This document shows, one piece after another, positions 1-8,686 of a stretch of DNA of 64,000 nt; the first letter of the stretch is position 1, and every line of letters begins with the position of its first letter. Below the pieces are notes generated by a model that saw nothing but the letters and a program-made list of their open reading frames with translations, ran no database searches and was not told where the DNA came from. Position numbers and translations under genes: made by a program. Source of the DNA: Acutalibacteraceae bacterium (GTDB lineage: Bacteria > Bacillota > Clostridia > Oscillospirales > Acutalibacteraceae); the NCBI GenBank assembly GCA_045653425.1, contig JAZOLU010000008.1, positions 5,975-69,974 on the forward strand. The letters run 5' to 3'.

Positions 1-28
1 AAACGCGCGGCTGATGTCATTTTATCGT

Positions 29-66
29 TAAAAAAAGCACCAAGTTAAAACTTGGTGCTTTTTTTG
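29..66. terminator. Bidirectional intrinsic terminator hairpin immediately 3' of tRNA-Gln
   Basis: A perfect 10-bp stem aagcaccaag/cttggtgctt (35-44/51-60) with a 6-nt loop. An A-run lies on the left and a T-run on the right. Confidence 0.75.
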
Positions 67-140
67 TGGCTGCGGAACTAGGAATCGAACCTAGACAAAC
101 AGATTCAGAGACTGTCGTGCTACCTTTACACAATTCCGCA
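67..140 (-). tRNA. tRNA-Gln (anticodon CUG)
   Basis: The reverse complement folds as a 74-nt cloverleaf. Acceptor TGCGGAA/TTCCGCA, discriminator G and encoded CCA. T-arm CTAGG-TTCGATT-CCTAG. Anticodon loop CTCTGAA, giving CTG. U1:A72 is typical of bacterial tRNA-Gln. Confidence 0.9.
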
Positions 141-159
141 ATGGTGTAAACCGTGTTAT

Positions 160-187
160 ATTATACCCAATTTTTCACATTTGTCAA
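160..187 (-). promoter_or_regulatory. SigA-type promoter for tRNA-Gln
   Basis: On the minus strand: TTGACA (187-182), a 16-nt spacer, then TATAAT (165-160), about 20 nt upstream of the mature tRNA 5' end. Confidence 0.6.
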
Positions 188-280
188 GGGGAAATGCGGA
201 AAAAGTGACATTGGTGGTTAGATTTTATTTGTCATCGTGTATGCGGGGTTTGTATGGTGTTGCATTATCTTACAAGCAGA

Positions 281-315
281 GATAATGCCGGAGGCACCAG
301 TCCTCCGGCATTATC
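281..315 (-). terminator. Hairpin terminator downstream of the SASP gene
   Basis: A 14-bp stem gataatgccggagg/cctccggcattatc with a 7-nt loop. The U-tract on the minus strand is weak. Confidence 0.55.
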
Positions 316-334
316 CTGGACGAAACGCTGAAAA

Positions 335-526
335 TTACTTCAAGCTGTTTTCGTACTGCTCAACCATCTTTTTGACCATCTGGCCGCCGATAGAACCGGC
401 CTGCTTGGAGGTCAAGTCACCGTTGTAACCCTGTTTCAGAGTCACGCCAACCTCGTTCGCCGCTTCCATCTTGAAACGGTTGAGACCTTCGCGAGCCTCG
501 GGAACCATGCTGTTTTTGCTGGACAT
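335..526 (-). CDS. Small acid-soluble spore protein, alpha/beta type
   Basis: The translation contains the SASP signature ...EAANEVGV...GDLTSKQAGSIGGQMVKKMVE. The ATG at 526 is preceded by GAGGAG with 8-nt spacing. The ORF-track start at 535 is a GTG inside that RBS. Confidence 0.9.
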   Translation of the reverse strand: MSSKNSMVPEAREGLNRFKMEAANEVGVTLKQGYNGDLTSKQAGSIGGQMVKKMVEQYENSLK

Positions 527-675
527 ACGATACACTCCTCAAAACTGATTTTGGCTTTTGCCTATATTTGAATCTTGCGTTTGCAGTAGTAGTGTATGTC
601 CGTTATCGCGAATTATATGTGACAATTTATGCAAGCATTTCGTTTTTTTACCAGCTAAATCGCACTTAATAATGG

Positions 676-1464
676 TCAAGTGGTTGCTTTTTGTTCCAAA
701 TATTCCTCCAAGGCCAACCCTGAGCGATTGATGTCTTTTGCGGTGTTAATACCAACAAAACGCCAATGCCAGGATTCATACATAATACCCGTGACGGCGG
801 TCTTATCGGCGGGATAACGCAAAATAAATCCGTAATTTTCCGCATTGGCTTTTAGCCAACGAAATGCATCGGTGCTTTCAAATCTCGATGAAGCAGTGTT
901 AAAATCAATGGCCAGTCCCGTTTGATGTTCGCTGGTGCCGGGGCGAGCAACAGCGCTTGCCGCCACCGTCTCCGCCTGTTCCGCGGGGGTACCTGCGTTG
1001 ATAACTCGTTGCACCTTATTGTTAAACAGATTTTTTTGGGTCGCGTACGAGCGATAGGGGGAACGAACATATAATTTTACCCCGTCCGCATGCGCCGCCT
1101 CCACCATAGCAATCACATAGGGATAGATGCCACCGTCAATCTGTTTAAGACTACCGTTCAAATATTTGTTGGGAATGGTTACCAGTGCCTTGGTGTTATC
1201 GTAATCTGCGGGGAGCGGATGCTCCGCATTGACCAACAGCAACCGCGAATAGGAAGGGTCCAGCGAAACGGATGCCTGCGTAGGTGCAGGGAATACATTG
1301 AGAATGGTCGTTGTCGTGGTGGCCGCGGCCATAACGGCGGTTGTCGTAACTGTTGTGACAGTGGTCGGTGCGGTTGAGGTTGTCATTGTGACAGGTTCTT
1401 GCCCACAACCCGCCAAGACCACACACAAAGCCGCAATCAAAAATTGCGCAAGAAGCCGTTTCAT
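676..1464 (-). CDS. VanY/M15B-family D-alanyl-D-alanine carboxypeptidase, lipoprotein
   Basis: Signal peptide with lipobox LAGC, then a Thr-rich linker. Motifs SPYRSY, SEHQTGLAIDF and ESWHWRF are typical of the zinc D,D-carboxypeptidase VanY family. Confidence 0.85.
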   Translation of the reverse strand: MKRLLAQFLIAALCVVLAGCGQEPVTMTTSTAPTTVTTVTTTAVMAAATTTTTILNVFPAPTQASVSLDPSYSRLLLVNAEHPLPADYDNTKALVTIPNKYLNGSLKQIDGGIYPYVIAMVEAAHADGVKLYVRSPYRSYATQKNLFNNKVQRVINAGTPAEQAETVAASAVARPGTSEHQTGLAIDFNTASSRFESTDAFRWLKANAENYGFILRYPADKTAVTGIMYESWHWRFVGINTAKDINRSGLALEEYLEQKATT

Positions 1465-1539
1465 TGTTATCGCTCACCCTCTTTTTAATCTGTTCCCATC
1501 ATAACACACCAAAGGACAGAAAACAACAAAATTCGCCAA

Positions 1540-1570
1540 AAACAAAAAGCATCGCCTATTTGGGCGGTGC
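1540..1570 (-). terminator. Intrinsic terminator after the small ORF 1601..1774
   Basis: Minus strand reads gcaccgcc-caaata-ggcgatgc followed by TTTTTGTTTTT, with one mismatch in the 8-bp stem. Confidence 0.55.
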
Positions 1571-1600
1571 TTTCAGTCGGTTCGAGGGTGTCGGTTTCGG

Positions 1601-1774
1601 CTATAAATCGTCGGCGTCTTGCTCCGGCGTTTCGTAGTTTTGTGCCGTACCGGTGTAACTGCCCAATACGTCGGACACAATATCACCGCGCCCTTGATTG
1701 GGCAATGTATGGGCACTGTTTTCTGCCGTGTTTTCCATTTTAACGCGAATACGACGATGCGGTTTCTTTTGCAT
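1601..1774 (-). CDS. Hypothetical small hydrophilic protein (57 aa)
   Basis: The ATG at 1774 is preceded by GGGAG with 10-nt spacing, and the gene has its own terminator downstream. I do not recognise a family for MQKKPHRRIRVKMENTAENSAHTLPNQGRGDIVSDVLGSYTG... Confidence 0.45.
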   Translation of the reverse strand: MQKKPHRRIRVKMENTAENSAHTLPNQGRGDIVSDVLGSYTGTAQNYETPEQDADDL

Positions 1775-1816
1775 AGTTGCCACACTCCCTATTTTGGTGT
1801 TAGGGTTAGTATGGCA

Positions 1817-3085
1817 TTATTCCTCCACAATATACGCTTTTACCTGTTCCAAAATGCGAGTGCCGAGTGTTACCGTCATTCGCAACCCGTCTGCTACGTA
1901 TTCCTCCGATTCCACCGCGCCCTCACGTCGGCAAACACCCGCCAAAGCACCTTTGTCAAAGGGAAGAAGCAAGTGAACCCGCCGTCGGTCCGGCGGCAGA
2001 GCACGGGCGATTTGCTCCAACAAACGGTCAATTCCCGCGCCCGTGGCGGCACTGATACACAGCACCGTACCGTTTTGCGGTTCCACGGGAGGAAGTTCAT
2101 AAGGACGGTCACATTTATTAAACACGGTGAGTATCGGTCGGTCGCCGCAACCCAGTTGTGTTAACAATTCGCGCGTTACGGCTAAATGTTCCGCGGCATC
2201 CGGGCTGGAGATGTCACACAAATTCAGCAGAACATCCGCCCCGGCGGCCTCGCCCAGCGTGGAGCGAAAAGCGTTTACCAAATGATGAGGCAAACGGCGG
2301 AGCAAGCCGACCGTGTCAATTAGCAATACCGTGCGGCCATCCGGCAATTTCAGCGCGCGGGCGGTGGTATCCAGTGTGGCAAACAATTTGTCCTCGGCCA
2401 GCACACCGGCATCCGTCAATCGGTTCATCAGCGTGGATTTTCCCGCGTTGGTGTAACCCACGATTGCCACCGTTTGAACGTTGTCTTTGCGGCGGCGTTC
2501 ACGGCGCAACAAGCGTTGCTGTTCCACAGCGGCCAACTGCTGGCGTAGAGCTTGAATACGCCGACGAATGTGCCGTCGGTCGCTTTCCAATTTGGTTTCG
2601 CCGGGGCCGCGTGTGCCGATACCGCCGCCCAGCCGCGATAGTGCCACGCCTTGCCCCGCCAGCCGCGGTAAGAGGTATTGCAATTGTGCCAATTCCACCT
2701 GCAAGCGTCCTTCGGCAGAACGCGCACGCGCGGCGAAAATATCCAAAATCAGCATGGTGCGGTCCACCACGCGGCAGGGGAGTCGGTCCTCCAAATTGCG
2801 TTGTTGTGTGGCGGTGAGTTCGCGGTCAAAAATGACCAAGTCCGCCTCGGCGTTTTCCGCCAGCAGGGCCAGTTCCTCCAATCGACCACCGCCCAAGCAG
2901 GTGGCCTTATCGGGCGATTCGCGCTTTTGTACCATTCTCCCCAGCACTTGCGCACCGGCGGTAGCCGCTAAATCTTCCAATTCATCCAGCGAAACTTCCA
3001 CGTCAAATTCGCCGGTGTCTATGGATACCAAAAAAGCGGTTTCCGGTTTAGTATCCGACGTTTCCACGGATAATTGTTCGGTCAT
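1817..3085 (-). CDS. hflX: GTPase HflX
   Basis: HflX N-terminal domain followed by G-motifs GYTNAGKST, DTVG and NKCD. RBS GGGAGGTGAG lies upstream. Confidence 0.93.
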   Translation of the reverse strand: MTEQLSVETSDTKPETAFLVSIDTGEFDVEVSLDELEDLAATAGAQVLGRMVQKRESPDKATCLGGGRLEELALLAENAEADLVIFDRELTATQQRNLEDRLPCRVVDRTMLILDIFAARARSAEGRLQVELAQLQYLLPRLAGQGVALSRLGGGIGTRGPGETKLESDRRHIRRRIQALRQQLAAVEQQRLLRRERRRKDNVQTVAIVGYTNAGKSTLMNRLTDAGVLAEDKLFATLDTTARALKLPDGRTVLLIDTVGLLRRLPHHLVNAFRSTLGEAAGADVLLNLCDISSPDAAEHLAVTRELLTQLGCGDRPILTVFNKCDRPYELPPVEPQNGTVLCISAATGAGIDRLLEQIARALPPDRRRVHLLLPFDKGALAGVCRREGAVESEEYVADGLRMTVTLGTRILEQVKAYIVEE

Positions 3086-3265
3086 ATATACTCACCTCCC
3101 GGGCGATTGTTTTACTCAGTATATCAAATGTTGGCGGCGATTGTCCATAGTGTGCGCGAAAAAGCAAAAAAATTTCTTAACAGATTTGCAATTTCCTGTT
3201 CCCTTGTGTCGAAAAGTGTGGTACAATGGTGTTGAACTATTTTGCAAAGAGGGATGGGGAACAGT

Positions 3266-4408
3266 ATGTCACAAGAAATTAGCAGTGAAAAAATCTTTAC
3301 AATGCCGAATCAGGTTGCGCCGCTCAGCATTATTGCGCAACCCGGTACCGACGAATTGGCGGGCAAGATTAACTATTATCTTACCGAATGGGCCAAAAAA
3401 GCCGGCGTCCCGCAAGACACGTTTTTGGTAGAGGCGGAATGCCCGCGTTTTTCCTCCGGCGATGGTAAAGGTCTCATTAAATCCAGTGTGCGCGGTGACG
3501 ATTTGTTTATTTTGGTGGACGTTGGCAACTACAACGTGAAATACAATATTTTTGGTGAGCAAAACTGTATGTCGCCGGACGACCATTTTCAAGATTTAAA
3601 GCGTATTATCCAGGCGGCGGGCGGTAAAGCGCATCGCATTAACGTTATTATGCCCATCCTTTTCGGCGGCAGACAACACCGTCGCAACTACCGCGAATCG
3701 CTGGACTGCGCCGTGGCGTTGCAGGAATTGGAGCGTATGGGTGTTGCTAACATCATCACGTTTGACGCACACGATGCCCGCGTGCAAAATGCGGTGCCGC
3801 TTATGGGTTTTGATAACATTATCCCCGCATACCAAACTCTAAAAGCGTTGTTCCGTCGCTATCCCGATATGGTGGCTGACCGCGACCATTTAATGATTGT
3901 CAGCCCCGACGAAGGCGCGATGAATCGCAATATGTTCTATGCTTCCACGTTGGGTGTGGATTTGGGTATGTTCTATAAACGCCGTGACTACGCGCACGTG
4001 GTTAACGGGCGCAACCCCATTGTGGCGCACGAATACTTGGGCAACTCGGTGGAAGGCAAGGATATCTTTATTGCAGACGATATTATTTCCTCCGGTGAAT
4101 CCATGCTGGATATTGCGTATGAGCTTAAAAAGAGAAAGGCAAACCGCATTTTCTGCTATGCGACCTACGCCATTTTCACCAACGGGTTGGACAAGTTCGA
4201 CCAAGCTTACAAAGACGGCATCATTGCCGGTGTGCTGGGCACCAATTTGACCTACCGTTCGGAAGTGCTGAAACAACGCGAATGGTTCTGCGAAGTGGAC
4301 GTTTCTAAGTATATTGCTTACTTTATTGCCTCGCTCAACCACGATATGTCGGTCACTCGCTTGATTGATTCTCACGAAAAAATTAAAAAGTTGCTTGCGG
4401 CTCGGTAA
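3266..4408 (+). CDS. prs: Ribose-phosphate pyrophosphokinase family protein (long-form paralog)
   Basis: Prs-like motifs RFSSGDGK, GGRQHRR, FDAHDARVQN and the PRPP-binding loop IADDIISSGES. It is about 380 aa, longer than canonical Prs. The start was chosen at the ATG after a G-rich RBS and is uncertain by a few codons. Confidence 0.8.
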   Translation: MSQEISSEKIFTMPNQVAPLSIIAQPGTDELAGKINYYLTEWAKKAGVPQDTFLVEAECPRFSSGDGKGLIKSSVRGDDLFILVDVGNYNVKYNIFGEQNCMSPDDHFQDLKRIIQAAGGKAHRINVIMPILFGGRQHRRNYRESLDCAVALQELERMGVANIITFDAHDARVQNAVPLMGFDNIIPAYQTLKALFRRYPDMVADRDHLMIVSPDEGAMNRNMFYASTLGVDLGMFYKRRDYAHVVNGRNPIVAHEYLGNSVEGKDIFIADDIISSGESMLDIAYELKKRKANRIFCYATYAIFTNGLDKFDQAYKDGIIAGVLGTNLTYRSEVLKQREWFCEVDVSKYIAYFIASLNHDMSVTRLIDSHEKIKKLLAAR

Positions 4409-4416
4409 AAGTATAA

Positions 4417-4466
4417 AACGGCACCGCCCCGATGGATAAAATTCCGTTGGGGCGGTGCTTTGTGTT
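4417..4466 (+). terminator. Intrinsic terminator after prs
   Basis: A 10-bp stem gcaccgcccc/ggggcggtgc (4421-4430/4449-4458) followed by TTTGTGTT. Confidence 0.7.
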
Positions 4467-4545
4467 ATCGCAAAACGGCATGAATGGATTGGTATATTTT
4501 CCGCAAACTTTTGCATACAGTGGTAGCATACAGGGGGGATTGGCT

Positions 4546-5784
4546 ATGAATTGGGTAAAACGAGGGCTGACAGTGCTGCTGGTAACGGCGGTGCTGGGGT
4601 CGAGTATGCCGGCGAATGCCGCTACGTGGATAACCGATACCGAAGCAGGCGAAAGTGTTCAGGAGTTTTTAACACTGGAAACACCCAAGATATTGGACGA
4701 CGCGCTACCGGTGGCCGCCACGCCGGCGGCGTTGGAGGTGGGGGGCAAATCGGCTATACTGATGGATATTGCCTCTGGCACGGTGATGTACGAAAAAAAT
4801 GCGCATGAGAAACTGCCCATTGCCTCGGTTACCAAGGTGATGACCTTGCTGCTGGTAATGGAGGCACTTGACCAGGGGCACATTACTTTGGAGGAACCGG
4901 TGACTTGTTCTCCGGAAGCGGCATCGATGGGCGGTTCGCAGATTTGGTTGGAACCGGGCGAGATTATGTCGGTGCACGATTTGGTGAAAGCGGCGGCGGT
5001 GGTATCGGCCAACGATGCGTGCGCCGCGCTGGCAGAGCATTTGTGCGGCTCTATTGAAGGGTTTGTAGAACGGATGAACATTCGTGCCGCAGAACTGGGA
5101 ATGAACGACACGCAGTTTTTGGATTGCAGTGGTTTGAACGACGAAGCTCATTCCAGCGCGTATGACGTGGCACTGATGTCGTGCGAGTTGATGAAGTATC
5201 CGCTGATTAAACAATACACCACCATTTGGATGGATACCTTGCGCAATGGGGAATCGCAACTGGTGAACACCAACAAACTGGTGCGCTTTTACCAGGGTAT
5301 TACCGGTTTGAAAACCGGCACCACCTCCACGGCGGGGCACAATTTATCTGCCACCGCCGAGCGCAACGGTATGGGGTTAGCGGCGGTGATTTTGGGATGC
5401 AGTACCACCGATGAACGTTTTGGCGGAGCGCGGCGAATGTTGGATTACGGTTTTGCGCATTACAGTTTGTACATGCCGCAGATTGACCCGTCTTCACTAA
5501 CGCCCATTCCTGTGTTGCGCGGAGTAGAGACGCAGGTGGAAACAGCGGTTGGTGAGTTGTCGCCGATGTTGCTGAAAAAAGGAGAAGAAAAACAAATGAC
5601 CTGTACGGTGAAATTGGCGGATGATGTGGAAGCACCGGTTGAGGAGGGGCAGATTGTTGGTCGGGTAACGGTAATGAAAAACGGCGAGGAGTGTGCGACG
5701 TATCCCGTGTATGCCAAAACGGCGGTGGCACGGCTGGGTTTTGGCGAGTCGCTAAAACGGCTGTTTCGGGCATTGTGTGTGTAA
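4546..5784 (+). CDS. D-alanyl-D-alanine carboxypeptidase (S11, PBP5/DacB-DacF type)
   Basis: Signal peptide MNWVKRGLTVLLVTAVLGSSMPANA. Active-site motifs SVTK, SAND and KTGTT, plus a C-terminal PBP5 domain. The upstream part of the ORF overlaps the prs terminator and is discarded. Confidence 0.88.
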   Translation: MNWVKRGLTVLLVTAVLGSSMPANAATWITDTEAGESVQEFLTLETPKILDDALPVAATPAALEVGGKSAILMDIASGTVMYEKNAHEKLPIASVTKVMTLLLVMEALDQGHITLEEPVTCSPEAASMGGSQIWLEPGEIMSVHDLVKAAAVVSANDACAALAEHLCGSIEGFVERMNIRAAELGMNDTQFLDCSGLNDEAHSSAYDVALMSCELMKYPLIKQYTTIWMDTLRNGESQLVNTNKLVRFYQGITGLKTGTTSTAGHNLSATAERNGMGLAAVILGCSTTDERFGGARRMLDYGFAHYSLYMPQIDPSSLTPIPVLRGVETQVETAVGELSPMLLKKGEEKQMTCTVKLADDVEAPVEEGQIVGRVTVMKNGEECATYPVYAKTAVARLGFGESLKRLFRALCV

Positions 5785-5851
5785 TCGCGGCTAAAACTTC
5801 GCCTTTCGTGAAAATTCTGCAAAATATTTGTGAAAAATACAAAAGTATCGG

Positions 5852-5880
5852 TTGCAATTATGCGTGAGATATAGTAAAAT
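5852..5880 (+). promoter_or_regulatory. SigA-type promoter for pgi
   Basis: TTGCAA (5852-5857), a 17-nt spacer, then TAAAAT (5875-5880). Confidence 0.55.
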
Positions 5881-5917
5881 AAAACCAAGAAAATAGCACG
5901 AAAGCAGAGGAAGATAT

Positions 5918-7258
5918 ATGGCCGTTACATTGGACACACGGTATTTGGATGGGTTTGTTCGCAAGCACGAGTTGGCGGGAATGCAGGAACAGGTTAACGC
6001 CGCCCACGAAATGCTGCACAACGGTACCGGTTTGGGAAATGATTTTTTGGGTTGGCTCACTTTGCCGACGGATTACGATAAAGAGGAATTTGCCCGCATT
6101 CAGGCGGCGGCTCAGCGTATTCAAAGTGATACGGATGTGTTCATTGCCATTGGCATCGGCGGTTCCTATTTGGGTGCTCGCGCCGTTATTGAATTCCTGA
6201 AATCACCTTTATATAATACACTGGGCAAAAACACGCCGGACGTGTATTTTGCCGGCAACAATATCAGCGATTCTGCGCTTACCGAGTTGCTCGCTTTGTG
6301 TAAGGGCAAACGCGTTTCCATTAACGTAATTTCCAAATCCGGTACCACCACGGAGCCGGCCATTGCGTTCCGTGTGTTCCGCAAATATTTGGAGCAAACC
6401 GTGGGTGTTGAGGAAGCGCGCCGTCGCATTTATGTGACAACGGATAAGGCCCGCGGTACACTCAAGGGCTTGGCAGACCGTGAAGGGTATGAAACCTTTG
6501 TGGTACCGGACAACGTGGGCGGTCGGTTTTCGGTGCTTACGGCGGTGGGGTTATTGCCCATTGCGGTGGCGGGGTGCGACATTGCCGCGTTAATGGCGGG
6601 TGCCGCCGAAGCGCAGACCGCCTTGGCCGACCCGTCGTTGGAAACGAATGACTGTTACCGCTATGCGGCGTTGCGTAACATTTTGTTGCGGAAAGGCCGT
6701 AGCGTAGAGTTGATGGTGAGCTACGAGCCGCGTTATGCACTGATGGCGGAATGGTGGAAACAACTGTACGGCGAAAGCGAAGGGAAAGACGGGAAAGGTT
6801 TGTTCCCGGCTTCGGTGATATTCTCCACGGATTTGCACTCGCTGGGTCAGTTTGTGCAGGACGGCGCGAACATTTTGACGGAAACGGTGGTATTAATTGA
6901 CAAATCACCGGTGGAAGTCACGGTGGAGGAAGACCCTGAAAATATTGACGGTTTGAATTTCTTAACGGGCTGTACAATGGCGGAAATCAACCGCAAGGCG
7001 TTTGAGGGTACCGTGCTTGCACACACTGACGGCGGCACACCGAATATGGTGGTACACGTTCCCTCTGTGTGCGAAAAGGAATTGGGATATTTACTGTATT
7101 TCTTTGAAAAAGCGTGCGCCATTTCCGGATATTTACTGGGTGTTAACCCGTTTGACCAACCCGGTGTGGAGGCGTACAAAAAGAATATGTTTGCTTTGCT
7201 GGGCAAGCCCGGCTATGAGCAGGAAAAAGCGGCGTTGGAACGTCGCTTGGGACGGTAA
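5918..7258 (+). CDS. pgi: Glucose-6-phosphate isomerase
   Basis: Full-length Gram-positive type Pgi of about 446 aa, with motifs [20 protein letters not shown] and [11 protein letters not shown]. Confidence 0.95.
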   Translation: MAVTLDTRYLDGFVRKHELAGMQEQVNAAHEMLHNGTGLGNDFLGWLTLPTDYDKEEFARIQAAAQRIQSDTDVFIAIGIGGSYLGARAVIEFLKSPLYNTLGKNTPDVYFAGNNISDSALTELLALCKGKRVSINVISKSGTTTEPAIAFRVFRKYLEQTVGVEEARRRIYVTTDKARGTLKGLADREGYETFVVPDNVGGRFSVLTAVGLLPIAVAGCDIAALMAGAAEAQTALADPSLETNDCYRYAALRNILLRKGRSVELMVSYEPRYALMAEWWKQLYGESEGKDGKGLFPASVIFSTDLHSLGQFVQDGANILTETVVLIDKSPVEVTVEEDPENIDGLNFLTGCTMAEINRKAFEGTVLAHTDGGTPNMVVHVPSVCEKELGYLLYFFEKACAISGYLLGVNPFDQPGVEAYKKNMFALLGKPGYEQEKAALERRLGR

Positions 7259-7308
7259 AGTGGCAGTTGCCGCCGCACGGCGGTGAATATAGACTGGGAG
7301 GAATGAAA

Positions 7309-7722
7309 ATGATTACATTGATTCTCGGGAAAAAGGGCTCGGGTAAAACAAAGCGGTTACTCGATATGTGCAACGAAGCGGTTGTGCAGTCCAAAGGCAA
7401 CGTCGTGTTTATTGAAAAGGACACGACCTTGACGTATAACCTGAGTCATAAGGTGCGTTTGGTTGCGGCGGATGAATACGCCGTCCGCGGTTTTGATAGC
7501 TTTTACGGCTACATTGCCGGTATGTGTGCCGGCAACTACGACATTACCGATATTTTTGTGGATTCCACATTAAAAATCGGCGGTGACGTGGGCGAGATTC
7601 TGCCCTTTGTGCAGAAATTGAAAGCACTTAGTGATATGGCCAATACCAACGTGGTGTTGTCCGTGTCCGCAGACCCTGCGGAAATTCCGGCAGAAATTGC
7701 GGATTTGGCGCGCGAGATTTAA
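7309..7722 (+). CDS. Small P-loop (Walker A) protein of unknown function
   Basis: MITLILGKKGSGKTKRLLD... carries a GxxGSGKT Walker A motif. RBS GGGAGGA lies upstream. I do not recognise a named family. Confidence 0.6.
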   Translation: MITLILGKKGSGKTKRLLDMCNEAVVQSKGNVVFIEKDTTLTYNLSHKVRLVAADEYAVRGFDSFYGYIAGMCAGNYDITDIFVDSTLKIGGDVGEILPFVQKLKALSDMANTNVVLSVSADPAEIPAEIADLAREI

Positions 7723-7740
7723 CATTTCCCGCCTGCTACG

Positions 7741-7782
7741 CGGAGCACCGATTTCGGTGCTCCGTGTATTGGCTTGTTTTTT
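7741..7782 (+). terminator. Intrinsic terminator after the P-loop gene
   Basis: Stem cggagcaccg/cggtgctccg with loop atttc, followed by a T-rich tail ending in TTTTTT. Confidence 0.65.
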
Positions 7783-7838
7783 GGACAAGTCCTGCGTAAA
7801 ACTTTTTGTCTCTGTGCGTGGTTTTTCGCAAAAAATGG

Positions 7839-7867
7839 TTGACAAATCGGGCGCAGACCGATATAAT
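7839..7867 (+). promoter_or_regulatory. Consensus SigA promoter for yceD-rpmF
   Basis: TTGACA (7839-7844), a 17-nt spacer, then TATAAT (7862-7867). Confidence 0.7.
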
Positions 7868-7893
7868 ATTCTGCGTGATTATTGAGGTGAAAT

Positions 7894-8388
7894 ATGCTTC
7901 TGAAACTGAAATCCTTGTTTTTGGGCGAAACGAATTGTTTACCGATTGATTGCACGTTGGATTTTTCCCGCGTGGAATGGAACGGTGGGTATCCGTTTCA
8001 AGAACCCGTCAAGGTGAAAGGGCAAATCACCCTGTCCGCCGATGTGGTAACGCTCAAAGCCACGGTGTACTACCGTTACGATGGTACGTGTGACCGTTGT
8101 ATGGGCGATATCCACCGCGAACAGCAGATGACGATGGAGCATATTCTTGTGGTTTCCCTCAATCACGAGGAAAATGACAGCTTTGTCCTGTTGGAGAATT
8201 ATCAACTGCCGTTGGACGATTTGGTAGAAGAAAATCTCATTTTGGACCAGCCGTCGAAGATACTGTGCAGCGAGGATTGCCGCGGGTTGTGCCCGCAGTG
8301 CGGCAAGGACTTGAATCAGGATTCTTGCAACTGCCGTGTTGACACGGTGGACCCACGTTTGGCAGTATTACAGCAGTTGCTGGATTAG
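7894..8388 (+). CDS. yceD: DUF177/YceD family protein (23S rRNA accumulation protein)
   Basis: Conserved position directly upstream of rpmF. The C-terminal Cys cluster [20 protein letters not shown] is typical of DUF177. Confidence 0.85.
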   Translation: MLLKLKSLFLGETNCLPIDCTLDFSRVEWNGGYPFQEPVKVKGQITLSADVVTLKATVYYRYDGTCDRCMGDIHREQQMTMEHILVVSLNHEENDSFVLLENYQLPLDDLVEENLILDQPSKILCSEDCRGLCPQCGKDLNQDSCNCRVDTVDPRLAVLQQLLD

Positions 8389-8417
8389 TTTTTGATTATG
8401 TTAAGGAGGTGCTGACG

Positions 8418-8600
8418 ATGGCGGTACCGAAGAGAAAGAGTTCCAAGGCGCGTCGTGACAAAAGACGCAACAATGTTTGGAAGACGATGGCTCCCGAACT
8501 GGTGAAGTGCCCGCAGTGCGGCGCATACAAGCGCCCGCACCGTCTTTGCGGAACCTGCGGTTACTACAACGGCAGACAAATCGTTAAGGTTGAGGAGTAA
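8418..8600 (+). CDS. rpmF: 50S ribosomal protein L32
   Basis: [17 protein letters not shown]... with CPQCG...CGTCG zinc-ribbon motifs. RBS AAGGAGGTG lies upstream. Confidence 0.95.
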   Translation: MAVPKRKSSKARRDKRRNNVWKTMAPELVKCPQCGAYKRPHRLCGTCGYYNGRQIVKVEE

Positions 8601-8640
8601 TAGGCCAACCTGTCCACAATACCCCAAACAAGCAAGAATA

Positions 8641-8679
8641 GAGGGTGTGTCCCGGTTGGGCCGCACCCTTTATTTTTTA
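8641..8679 (+). terminator. Intrinsic terminator after rpmF
   Basis: Stem agggtg...caccct enclosing a GC-rich loop, followed by TTTATTTTTT. Confidence 0.65.
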
Positions 8680-8686
8680 CGGAGGG

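Noticed and set aside
536-675. A forespore (SigG/SigF-type) promoter upstream of the SASP gene (ACATA-N17-CATACAC around 585-613 on the minus strand).
   Set aside because: The match to the GnATR-N17/18-CATnnTA consensus is only approximate and the alternative alignments are equally poor. It is plausible biologically but not supportable from sequence alone, so it is not listed as a feature.
1290-1400. A Thr/Ala-rich low-complexity repeat (TTVTTVTTTAVMAAATTTTT) in the VanY-like gene, considered as a DNA tandem repeat or phase-variable tract.
   Set aside because: It is an imperfect codon-level low-complexity linker directly after the lipobox, typical of lipoprotein tethers. It is not an exact nucleotide tandem repeat.
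8645-8686. The ORF track starts the DUF512 gene at 8645.
   Set aside because: That start lies inside the rpmF terminator hairpin. The conserved PDZ-like N-terminus begins at the MAMAVTI start (8687/8693).
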